A stretch of DNA of 21,462 nucleotides, from positions 1 through 21,462 of the forward strand of contig JBEQAY010000017.1 of the NCBI GenBank assembly GCA_041640075.1, written 5' to 3'. The position numbers and the translations under genes were made by a program. How positions within the stretch are numbered: the stretch's first letter is position 1; every line of letters starts with the position of its first letter. Below are positions 1 to 7,707 of the stretch, one piece after another. The notes below the pieces were generated by a model, which was not told the DNA's origin, ran no database searches, and saw nothing but the letters and a program-made list of their open reading frames with translations. The DNA comes from Candidatus Nanohaloarchaea archaeon. Lineage in GTDB: Archaea; Nanohalarchaeota; Nanosalinia; Nanosalinales; Nanosalinaceae.

Positions 1-50
1 TCATGTTGTTCGGAAAATTTTTTAAAGGCGTCGACAACAGTTTCAAATAA

Positions 51-488
51 ATGGCAAAAAGAAGCTATGTTGAAGACGATAGAAAGACTGTAAAACGCTC
101 AATACAGGACAGAAGAGTTATTGAAAAATTTGCAGAAGAACTGGGGGCTGAAATAAAACCAGAAAGACTTCTCGATGGCGAAGTTAATCCTGAAAATATA
201 GAAGCGGTAGCAAGATACAGATTGGTTCATCCGTACGAAGCAGAAAACTTTTCATATGCATTAATGTATGGAGAAGAAGCAGCTGCACAGGTAAAATTGT
301 TTGTGGAGCTTCCAGGAGCTGAAACACAGGTTTACACAGGGGAGATCTCATACAATGCCGGGGATATATTCAATCCTGCTTCAGTGGTAGAAATGGAGAA
401 TCAGCAGGGAACTGAAGAGTTGGATGCAGATAAAGACCTGGAAATAGATAGAACAAATCCTGGTTCGGCTATTGCAGATGTTGATTAG
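51..488 (+). CDS. Hypothetical acidic protein (orphan), AT-richer codon usage
   Basis: 145-aa ORF with acidic composition; TTTTAAA TATA-like box at 20-26, about 25 nt upstream of the ATG; no recognised family. Confidence 0.7.
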   Translation: MAKRSYVEDDRKTVKRSIQDRRVIEKFAEELGAEIKPERLLDGEVNPENIEAVARYRLVHPYEAENFSYALMYGEEAAAQVKLFVELPGAETQVYTGEISYNAGDIFNPASVVEMENQQGTEELDADKDLEIDRTNPGSAIADVD

Positions 489-570
489 ATTTTATCATTG
501 CTTCCTGGTTTATACCTGCATTTCTTGTAAAAACAGGTTCCCTATGAATTTCCCGAATAATATAAATTTT

Positions 571-591
571 TGTTGTTCAAAAATAACAACA
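571..591. promoter_or_regulatory. Palindromic operator-like site TGTTGTT-N7-AACAACA between TATA box and start of ORF 602
   Basis: Perfect 7-bp inverted repeat just downstream of TATAAA (561-566); 18/21 identical to the site at 17173-17193. Confidence 0.55.
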
Positions 592-601
592 GTGAGGTCG
601 T

Positions 602-1699
602 ATGTATGGATCTGATGACAAAGATGATTTTGAGTACAATCTTGAGGATTTAGAGATACAGTACGATGAAATGGATATTGTAAGCCATGCAGAGAAAGCT
701 GATTACGATCTTTCTGATGTAGACGATGATGAGCTTGCCACAGAACTGTACTGGGATCCTTTCTATGAGCACGCGATGGAGGCGGAAATTTCTCATCCCG
801 AATACAGCCCTACCTTCGCAGTAAGCAACTCTTCTCTAGGACTTGACTTCAAAAAGACGCCTGAAGGTGATTGGGAGCTGATTGAAGCCACGCCGCTTGT
901 CTTCGGTATGGAAGGTTTCAGCGATGGTTACAGATGGGGAGATATCTCCGATGACGTAGAGAGACATCTTGACTCGATGTTTGGAACTTTTCATCATGAC
1001 CTTGATAACGCTATGCTGAATTTTGAGAACAAAAGGTTCGCGGCGGATCACTTACCTTCAGCCAGAGGTTACGAAACTATCGAAAGCTTCGATGGAGACC
1101 CGGACTCAGATATTGTCTATATTAAGAACCCGCGGGAAGATTGTGGAGAGGGTGTAGAGGTAGTAGAAGCTACAAAGTTCGAGGACAGAACCACGGAAGA
1201 GGTAGTAGAAGAGCTTGGAATGGATCTCGATGCTGACCTGATGATAGAGGAGAACGTTCCTTCCGAAGGTGTTACTCTAGAGGATTCAGGTGTTGGTGCT
1301 GAAGGAGATGAAGATGAGTATGATGCCTGTATGAGATACGTAGTAGATATCTCACTAACTGGTGAGGGAATGAATGCAAAGTTCCTTGGAGGATACTGGA
1401 GAACAGCACCTGAGCCAAAGGGAAGCGACGCACCTCTCAAGGAGAGACGTATAGCAAATCTGAAAGAAGGAGAAGCCGTAAGCGCATCTCCAACAGAGCT
1501 AAGGGAAGCGACGCAGAAAGCAGCAGAAATCACTAAGGAGATTCACTCTGCTTTGATTCAGGAAAGTGTTGAGGGTGAGATGACACCGGAACACGGCAAG
1601 AAATATCTTCCTGAAATAGGCTTTGAATGGAAGAGCGACGTGATGACAGATCCCTTCATGGAAAGACTGGGCTTTAGCGGCGAAGGATACCTTTCCTGA
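602..1699 (+). CDS. Putative circularly permuted ATP-grasp fold protein (peptide/amide ligase-like)
   Basis: Motifs GLDF..EGDWELIEAT (D82/E95), ENK144, YIK175NPREDCGEGV, MIEENV, CMR245YVV, YWR267, IAN286L; SD-like GTGAGG upstream. Confidence 0.65.
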   Translation: MYGSDDKDDFEYNLEDLEIQYDEMDIVSHAEKADYDLSDVDDDELATELYWDPFYEHAMEAEISHPEYSPTFAVSNSSLGLDFKKTPEGDWELIEATPLVFGMEGFSDGYRWGDISDDVERHLDSMFGTFHHDLDNAMLNFENKRFAADHLPSARGYETIESFDGDPDSDIVYIKNPREDCGEGVEVVEATKFEDRTTEEVVEELGMDLDADLMIEENVPSEGVTLEDSGVGAEGDEDEYDACMRYVVDISLTGEGMNAKFLGGYWRTAPEPKGSDAPLKERRIANLKEGEAVSASPTELREATQKAAEITKEIHSALIQESVEGEMTPEHGKKYLPEIGFEWKSDVMTDPFMERLGFSGEGYLS

Positions 1700-1747
1700 T
1701 CCACCAGAGAAGAATTATTACAAAGAAAGAGATATGTGAAGAAATGT

Positions 1748-2830
1748 TTAGCTGGACTTCTCTTCCAGCTCGTCTTCGAGTCCAAGCTTCTCGGCAAGTT
1801 CCTTGTAGCGGTTCCTGATTGTGACTTCAGTGACTCCGACTACGTCAGCAACTTCTCTCTGAGTTCTCTTCTCGCCTTCAAGCACTGCTGCGATGTAAAG
1901 TGCTGCTGCAGCAAGTCCTGTAGGCCCTTTTCCAGATAGAAGGTCTCTTTCCCTTGCTTCCTTTAGAATCTGGCGTGCTCTTGCTTGGACCTCTCCTGAA
2001 AGCTGGAGTTTTCCGGCAAATCTTGGCACGTAGTCCTGTGGCTTTGCTGGCAGGATTCTGAGGCCTAGTTCTCTTGCGACGTAACGGTATGCACGTCCGA
2101 TTTCTCTTTTCTCGATCCCGGATGCATCTGAGATTTCATCCAGGGTTCTCGGAGTTCCCTGCTTACGTGCTACAATGTAAATTATGGCAGAGATGATAGA
2201 CTCCATTGATCTTCCTCTTACCAGTCCCTGGTCAACAGACTTTTCGTAAAGTCTGGCCGTTTCTTCGTGGACTGATTCAGGCAGGTTGAGGTTTGAGATC
2301 ATCGAGTTCAGTTCGCTCAGTGCGAATCCAAGGTTCCTGTCCTTTGACTTCGTCAGTCTCTTGTGCCATTTCCTCAGTCTGTAGTACTGGGCACGCTTGT
2401 TTCCTGAGACTTTGTAGAGTTCTCCTCTTCCTTTTCCGATTTCTGTTGAGACTCCCATGTCGTGTTTTGTATATGTTAGTGGCTGTCCTGCTCGGGCTTT
2501 CTTTTCTTTTTCTTCTGCGTTGAATGCTCTGTACTCTGCGGACTGGTCGATTCTGTCCTCGTCGATTACTGTTCCACAGCTGATACAGATCAGTTCTCCT
2601 TTTGAGGAGTCTTCCTCAAATTGTTGTCCTCCACATTCTGAACATGTCAGTACTGTGTCTCCTTCTTCTGCTTCTTCCTGGCGAAGTTCGTATCCTTCTT
2701 CGCCCTCCATATCTTCGGCATCTGCTTCAGAAGTTTCTTCCTCTGATTCCTCTTCTTCCTTCCATTCATCAGGTACTTCATAGTTGTCATGCTGTCTTCT
2801 GGGAATGTTCTGCGGAGCTTCTTCAGTCAT
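1748..2830 (-). CDS. tfb: Transcription initiation factor IIB (TFB) with acidic N-terminal extension
   Basis: Zn ribbon CSECG...CISCG, B-reader, two cyclin repeats (GRSME.., GKGPTGLAAAALY, VTEVTIRNRYKEL); start moved to ATG 2830 behind SD-like GGTG. Confidence 0.97.
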   Translation of the reverse strand: MTEEAPQNIPRRQHDNYEVPDEWKEEEESEEETSEADAEDMEGEEGYELRQEEAEEGDTVLTCSECGGQQFEEDSSKGELICISCGTVIDEDRIDQSAEYRAFNAEEKEKKARAGQPLTYTKHDMGVSTEIGKGRGELYKVSGNKRAQYYRLRKWHKRLTKSKDRNLGFALSELNSMISNLNLPESVHEETARLYEKSVDQGLVRGRSMESIISAIIYIVARKQGTPRTLDEISDASGIEKREIGRAYRYVARELGLRILPAKPQDYVPRFAGKLQLSGEVQARARQILKEARERDLLSGKGPTGLAAAALYIAAVLEGEKRTQREVADVVGVTEVTIRNRYKELAEKLGLEDELEEKSS

Positions 2831-2957
2831 TTTTATATACACCTATTAACCAGTACTTCTACCGCAATATTTAAATACGTTCTGGTCTCACCTTTGAGGT
2901 CTTAGTAACAACAAAACCGCTGCAGAGGTTCGGTCCCTAGGTAATATAATCGTTTAT

Positions 2958-4040
2958 ATGTCAACAGAAAATACAGTGGTAGACGAGAAATTAAGATCGC
3001 AGAGAGAAACCATTCTTGTAACACTTCTGCTCGTCCTGGGAAGCCTATGGGTACTGTTCCCATTCCTGGATGCAATCATAGTCGCTGCTGTAGTATCCTA
3101 CCTGCTGAAGATCGGTCACGATAATATAAATGAATACATAGACAACGATTTGCTTTCTTCAGCGATAATGATTTCCTCAGTGTTCCTTACTGTAGGACTG
3201 ATGGTTTATGTTTTCATCAATAATTTCTTCGAGATACTTTCACAGTTTAACGCATTTACAGGATCTTTGAGACAGGGTATACTGAACATAGTAGAGCTCC
3301 TAAACCTGTCAGAACAGTTCCAGGCAAACCTGGAATCCTTCCTGACTCGCTTCTCGGACCGCTTCACCAGCGAGATGATTTCAATCTTTACTTCTATACC
3401 TTCACTCCTAATCGACGTCGGTATATTTATCGTAACGACACTTTTCCTCTATAAAGACAGAGAGATAATCGAAAGTCAGCTTAAAGGACTTGTTGGCAGT
3501 ATTCCAGAGCCTGAAAGAGGAATCGTAAAATCTTTGATCCGTTCAATTGATGAAATTTTCCGTGGAGTCTTCCTTACTCAGTTGATCGTGGCACTGATCC
3601 TTGGAGTTGTAAATGCTATAGGCTTCATAATAATTGAACAGTTCACATCAAGTATTCCGTTTATACCTCTCTGGTCACTCCTAATAGGGCTTGCAGCACT
3701 TCTACCACTTTTCGCAGGTTTCATGGTTTACGGACCGATCAGTTTGTACTACTTCATGGCTGGTGACCCGCTTAAAGCCACTTTAATCCTGGTATTTGGT
3801 ATAGTTGTGATCAACGTCATGTCTGAGATCTTCCTGCGGCCGTGGGTTGGTTCAAAACAGATGGATGAGCATCCACTGGTCATATTCCTAGGATTCCTGA
3901 CAGGACCGCTGGTGCTGGGAGTCAAAGGATTGATCATAGGTCCGTTGATGCTGATCCTGACGAAAGAATTTGCTTTGAATTACTCTAGGATGGCTTACGA
4001 ACAATCTTCTGGTGGCCACAGCGAGGACACGGAGGACTAG
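2958..4040 (+). CDS. AI-2E family transporter (UPF0118/PerM)
   Basis: Multiple TM helices; C-terminal LRP..G....HPLVIFLGFLTG...G.KGLIIGP motif. Confidence 0.9.
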   Translation: MSTENTVVDEKLRSQRETILVTLLLVLGSLWVLFPFLDAIIVAAVVSYLLKIGHDNINEYIDNDLLSSAIMISSVFLTVGLMVYVFINNFFEILSQFNAFTGSLRQGILNIVELLNLSEQFQANLESFLTRFSDRFTSEMISIFTSIPSLLIDVGIFIVTTLFLYKDREIIESQLKGLVGSIPEPERGIVKSLIRSIDEIFRGVFLTQLIVALILGVVNAIGFIIIEQFTSSIPFIPLWSLLIGLAALLPLFAGFMVYGPISLYYFMAGDPLKATLILVFGIVVINVMSEIFLRPWVGSKQMDEHPLVIFLGFLTGPLVLGVKGLIIGPLMLILTKEFALNYSRMAYEQSSGGHSEDTED

Positions 4041-4434
4041 AAACATTTTTCCCGCATTGATCGCATCTTAACTCCCATTCCATCGTTGAATTAATTTTAC
4101 CTTCCATGTAACCTTCAAAATCTATGTCAAGCCGTAAAGCCAGGTTTTGCATGGCTTTATCATCTGTTAAAAGTGTTTTATCCAGTGTAGAGGCCAGTGC
4201 AACGATTTTCTCATCTGCGTCGGATGTTGGAGAGTTTATTTTCTCTGCTTCGTCCCGTACTTCCTCAAGTTCTTTTTTTCCCGGTCTCTGAACGTGAATA
4301 TCCATATTTCTGAATCTTCGCTCCGCTTCCGTACTTTTCATCTCTTTTTCGACTTCTGGTACTGTGTAAAGTTTATCGAAGTCGGTAGCCTTTCTTCCGT
4401 GAACTATTACATTTGAGTCGATTACGGCGTCCAT
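3985..4434 (-). CDS. nob1: NOB1-family PIN endonuclease (16S rRNA 3' maturation)
   Basis: PIN motifs VIDSN, TVPEV, S.AD, LLTDD.AMQN and C-terminal Zn ribbon CDQC..CPRCG. Confidence 0.88.
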   Translation of the reverse strand: MDAVIDSNVIVHGRKATDFDKLYTVPEVEKEMKSTEAERRFRNMDIHVQRPGKKELEEVRDEAEKINSPTSDADEKIVALASTLDKTLLTDDKAMQNLALRLDIDFEGYMEGKINSTMEWELRCDQCGKNVSSPPCPRCGHQKIVRKPS

Positions 4435-4501
4435 GCTCTGTTGACTCTTGAACCTTTCCTTATTAAAAAATAGGCAGTTTGAAGGTATGTGTGATAAAAC
4501 A

Positions 4502-4702
4502 ATGAGTCTACCTAACGCACCAATCGAAAGAATAATCAGGAAGGCAGGAGCCGAAAGAGTATCAAAAGAAGCAGTTGAAGAACTTAGAGACGCAGTTGAA
4601 GAACTTGGAAACGAGATTTCAGCTGACGCAGTTCAGATGGCTGACCACGCAGAGAGAAACACAGTTAAAGAAGAAGACGTGGATATCGCCACAAAACAGT
4701 AA
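4502..4702 (+). CDS. Archaeal histone (singlet, HMf-like, acidic)
   Basis: LPNAPIERIIRKAGAERVSKEA...HAERNTVKEEDV histone-fold signature; true start ATG 4502. Confidence 0.95.
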   Translation: MSLPNAPIERIIRKAGAERVSKEAVEELRDAVEELGNEISADAVQMADHAERNTVKEEDVDIATKQ

Positions 4703-4713
4703 GGGAGATAATA

Positions 4714-4767
4714 ATGCTGAAGATCAAAGATCTTCTAAGTACACTGGCCAACAGAGGTGCTCAGTGA
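4714..4767 (+). CDS. Candidate 17-aa small ORF (MLKIKDLLSTLANRGAQ) abutting aIF5A
   Basis: SD-like GGGAG at 4703-4707, ATG at 4714, TGA at 4765-4767 immediately followed by the aIF5A ATG in the same frame. Confidence 0.35.
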   Translation: MLKIKDLLSTLANRGAQ

Positions 4768-5154
4768 ATGCCGCAGCAAGTTGAAGCAGGAAAACTTCGG
4801 AACGGATCATTCGTCATGATCGACGGAGAGCCGTGCGAAGTAAGGGATGTCTCAAAGTCCTCACCAGGGAAGCACGGAAGTGCAAAGGCAAAGATCAAGG
4901 CTCGAGGACTGTTCGACGATAAGGACAGGCACATCACCAAGCCAGCGGATACAATGATGATGAGCCCTGATCTGGATAAGAAAGAAGGTCAGGTCGTATC
5001 CATCGACGGGAACATTGCACAGGTTATGGACATGGACTCCTATGAGACAGAGGAGATGGATATTCCTGACGAGTTCGACGCCAGTGAAGGAGACACCGTC
5101 AACTATTGGGTCGTCGACGACAGGAAGCTCTTCAAGGGAGTCAAGGAAGAGTAA
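4768..5154 (+). CDS. eif5a: Translation factor aIF5A (eIF5A)
   Basis: Hypusine loop SSPGKHGSAK; SD GAGGTG at 4754-4759. Confidence 0.96.
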   Translation: MPQQVEAGKLRNGSFVMIDGEPCEVRDVSKSSPGKHGSAKAKIKARGLFDDKDRHITKPADTMMMSPDLDKKEGQVVSIDGNIAQVMDMDSYETEEMDIPDEFDASEGDTVNYWVVDDRKLFKGVKEE

Positions 5155-5262
5155 AAACCTTCCTTAGTTCTTCCACTCATACCTACTTTTTATCTAAAAA
5201 ATTCTCTATCCAAGCTTACTTCATCAGTACGATTAAATTAATCGGTAAACCATTCTCAACTT

Positions 5263-6615
5263 ATGAACTGGAAAAGACTTAGAGAGAAAGCACTGGACAA
5301 ACTTTACCCCACTGAAAAGGAGTTTCAGGAACTTAATGATACTTACAACGAGATATCTGCATTTATAGAAAGTGAATACGGTTATGAAACGTTCTTTGCA
5401 GGTTCAGCTGGGCGCATGACCTGTGTAAAAGGGGATAGGGATATAGATGTTTTCGTGCTTTTTCCAGAGGATATCTCCAGAGAAAAACTGGAGAAAGAAG
5501 GTCTCGGTATAGGTAAAGAAACTTTCAGAGAGTTTAACGGAGATTACCAGGTTGAATATGCTGAACATCCGTATACAAAGGGAGAGATACAGGGATTCGA
5601 GGTAGAGATCGTGCCGTGCATAGATACTTCGCCAGAAGATATACAGAGTGCGGTGGATAGAAGCCCACACCATGCTGAATGGGTCAGAGAAAATCTTACT
5701 CAGGAGCAGAAGGAGGATGTAGTTCTGCTTAAAGGATTTCTGAAGGCTGGAGATCTATATGGATCATCGCTGAAAGTAAGAGGTTTCTCAGGGTATCTAT
5801 GTGAGCTACTGATAGCACACTACAGAAGTTTCAAGGAAGTGGTAGAAAATGTGTCTGAGTGGCGTGAAGAAACTGTAATTGATCCAGAGAACCATCACGA
5901 GGAAGAGGTCCCGGAAAAACTGGAAAAGAAGTTTTCTGAAGACTCTCTTATCGTGATCGATCCTGTCGATTCTGAAAGAAATGTTGCCAGTGTACTGACC
6001 TCTGAAAACTATGCGAAGTTTATCTACAGATGCTGGGAATTCGAGAAATCTCCAGGCCTCGATTTCTTTGAGAAAGAGGAAAGGAGTCTGGACAAGTTTG
6101 AACTTGAAAGAGAAGTGGAGAAGAGAGCAGATTTCATAGTTCTGGAGTTCGAACCGGTAGATGAACCTGATGATATCGTTTACCCGCAGATGAGAAAAGC
6201 TATGCGAAGAATGAAGAGTGAACTTGAAGAACACGAGTTCAGGATATACGAGAAAGGTTTTCACGTGGGTGAGAAGATTCGGGTTTTCTTCGAGCTGGAC
6301 ACGGAGCTTCCGGAAATCCAGTACCAGAAAGGGCCTAAAGTTTACCATGGCTCGGAACACGTTGACCAGTTCACCTCAAAGTACGATCATACTTTTGTCC
6401 GCGACGAGCGAATCTGTGCAAAGGTTGAAAGAGAGTACACTCATGCCAAGAAGCTGCTAAAGGATTTCCTTTCTGGAGAACCTGGAGATCTGAAGGAGAA
6501 GGGTATACCAGGTAACGTGGCTGAGAGAATTGTCGAGTTCAGGATGAGGGATCCGATACTTGGTGATGAGGAATGGTTAAAATTCTTTGCCGGGAAGCTG
6601 AAGGTAGAACAATGA
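5263..6615 (+). CDS. cca: CCA-adding enzyme (archaeal class I tRNA nucleotidyltransferase)
   Basis: GS..R.T...DRDIDVF, YAEHPY, SAVDRSPHH, GFSGYLCELL, DPVD.ERNVA motifs. Confidence 0.96.
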   Translation: MNWKRLREKALDKLYPTEKEFQELNDTYNEISAFIESEYGYETFFAGSAGRMTCVKGDRDIDVFVLFPEDISREKLEKEGLGIGKETFREFNGDYQVEYAEHPYTKGEIQGFEVEIVPCIDTSPEDIQSAVDRSPHHAEWVRENLTQEQKEDVVLLKGFLKAGDLYGSSLKVRGFSGYLCELLIAHYRSFKEVVENVSEWREETVIDPENHHEEEVPEKLEKKFSEDSLIVIDPVDSERNVASVLTSENYAKFIYRCWEFEKSPGLDFFEKEERSLDKFELEREVEKRADFIVLEFEPVDEPDDIVYPQMRKAMRRMKSELEEHEFRIYEKGFHVGEKIRVFFELDTELPEIQYQKGPKVYHGSEHVDQFTSKYDHTFVRDERICAKVEREYTHAKKLLKDFLSGEPGDLKEKGIPGNVAERIVEFRMRDPILGDEEWLKFFAGKLKVEQ

Positions 6616-7181
6616 GCAATGTAAATATAGTTGTAGGACTTTCAGGAGTCGGAAAATCAACCGTACTTGAGGAAGCTACGAAGCTTGCATCTGAAGAGTA
6701 CGAGATAATTAACTACGGAGACAGGATGCTTGATATCGCGATGCAGGAAGGTCTAGTTGACTCCAGGGACGAGATAAAGGAGATCAGCTCCGAGGAACAG
6801 AAAGAGGTACAGAAAAAAGCAGCTGAATCAATAGTCGAGGACTCAGAGGACGGCAACGTTATCGTCGATACTCATGCAGCAATCCAGACACCTCACGGCT
6901 ACCTTCCAGGTTTGCCGAAGTGGACAATCGAGAACCTTGAACCACAGCACCTTATCGTTCTCGATGCCTCCGCGGAAGAGATCTACGAGAGGAGCACAGA
7001 TGATGAGGGCCGCAGCAGAGAACACGAATCAGTAGAAGGAGTGGAACGCTACAGAGAAGTAGCACGTGAAATGGCCTCAGCAGGTTCGGTACTGACAGGA
7101 GCTTACCTGAAAATTATAGAAAACAAAGATGGGATGGCTCAGCAGGCCTCAAAAGAACTTGTGAAAGTACTGGAGGGTTAA
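6612..7181 (+). CDS. adkA: Archaeal adenylate kinase
   Basis: P-loop GLSGVGKST, NYGD.M, VDTH, GYLPGLP; ATGA overlap with the cca stop gives start 6612. Confidence 0.93.
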   Translation: MSNVNIVVGLSGVGKSTVLEEATKLASEEYEIINYGDRMLDIAMQEGLVDSRDEIKEISSEEQKEVQKKAAESIVEDSEDGNVIVDTHAAIQTPHGYLPGLPKWTIENLEPQHLIVLDASAEEIYERSTDDEGRSREHESVEGVERYREVAREMASAGSVLTGAYLKIIENKDGMAQQASKELVKVLEG

Positions 7182-7353
7182 AACCTTTTTACACCCTCTA
7201 TTCATATTTTAACCACTTCTAAAGCCTTTTTATTCACGTCATCAAAAACAGGTTTTTCTGTTGCGATTTTACAGTAACAAGCCCTTTGCTGTGGTAATTT
7301 AGCGTGTTCAGAGGTGCGTAAGGTTAATAAGGTTTAAACTCTGCATTCTCTCT

Positions 7354-7638
7354 ATGCCTAGCCTCTGGGACTTAGGTAAGAGCTCAAAGGAGAAGCTCAA
7401 TGAAACATGGGAGGAGGATGGCATCCTACAGGAAAAGGTCGATCAACATCGACACAAGTTTGAAGACGATTTCAGGGAGAACATGCAGGAAGACGTTCCT
7501 ACTCATCCTTACAAGATCTACAGAGATATTGTTGAGAACAGAGAGCTTGAGGACGAGGAAAAGATTGCACTAGAACACATGAAAGACGAGTTCGCCGAGA
7601 AGTGGCAGTCACTCAAGCAACAGCACTCTTCCAACTGA
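7354..7638 (+). CDS. Hypothetical small helical protein
   Basis: 94-aa acidic ORF with host-like codon usage, TATA-like sequence about 25-30 nt upstream, terminator-like hairpin downstream. Confidence 0.75.
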   Translation: MPSLWDLGKSSKEKLNETWEEDGILQEKVDQHRHKFEDDFRENMQEDVPTHPYKIYRDIVENRELEDEEKIALEHMKDEFAEKWQSLKQQHSSN

Positions 7639-7657
7639 AGCGATGCCAGTCAACATT

Positions 7658-7694
7658 GAGGGGGGACTAAACAGTTCCTCTTTATTTTTATTTT
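7658..7694 (+). terminator. Hairpin plus T-tract terminator-like element
   Basis: GAGGGGGGACT-AAAC-AGTTCCTCTTT stem (with G-U pairs) followed by a T-rich run, between convergent genes. Confidence 0.5.
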
Positions 7695-7707
7695 GTCTAA
7701 AAAGATC

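Noticed and set aside
489..570. Integron attC-like site after orphan ORF 51-488
   Set aside because: Only a weak 5-bp inverted repeat (ACCTG/CAGGT); no R-box architecture or integrase
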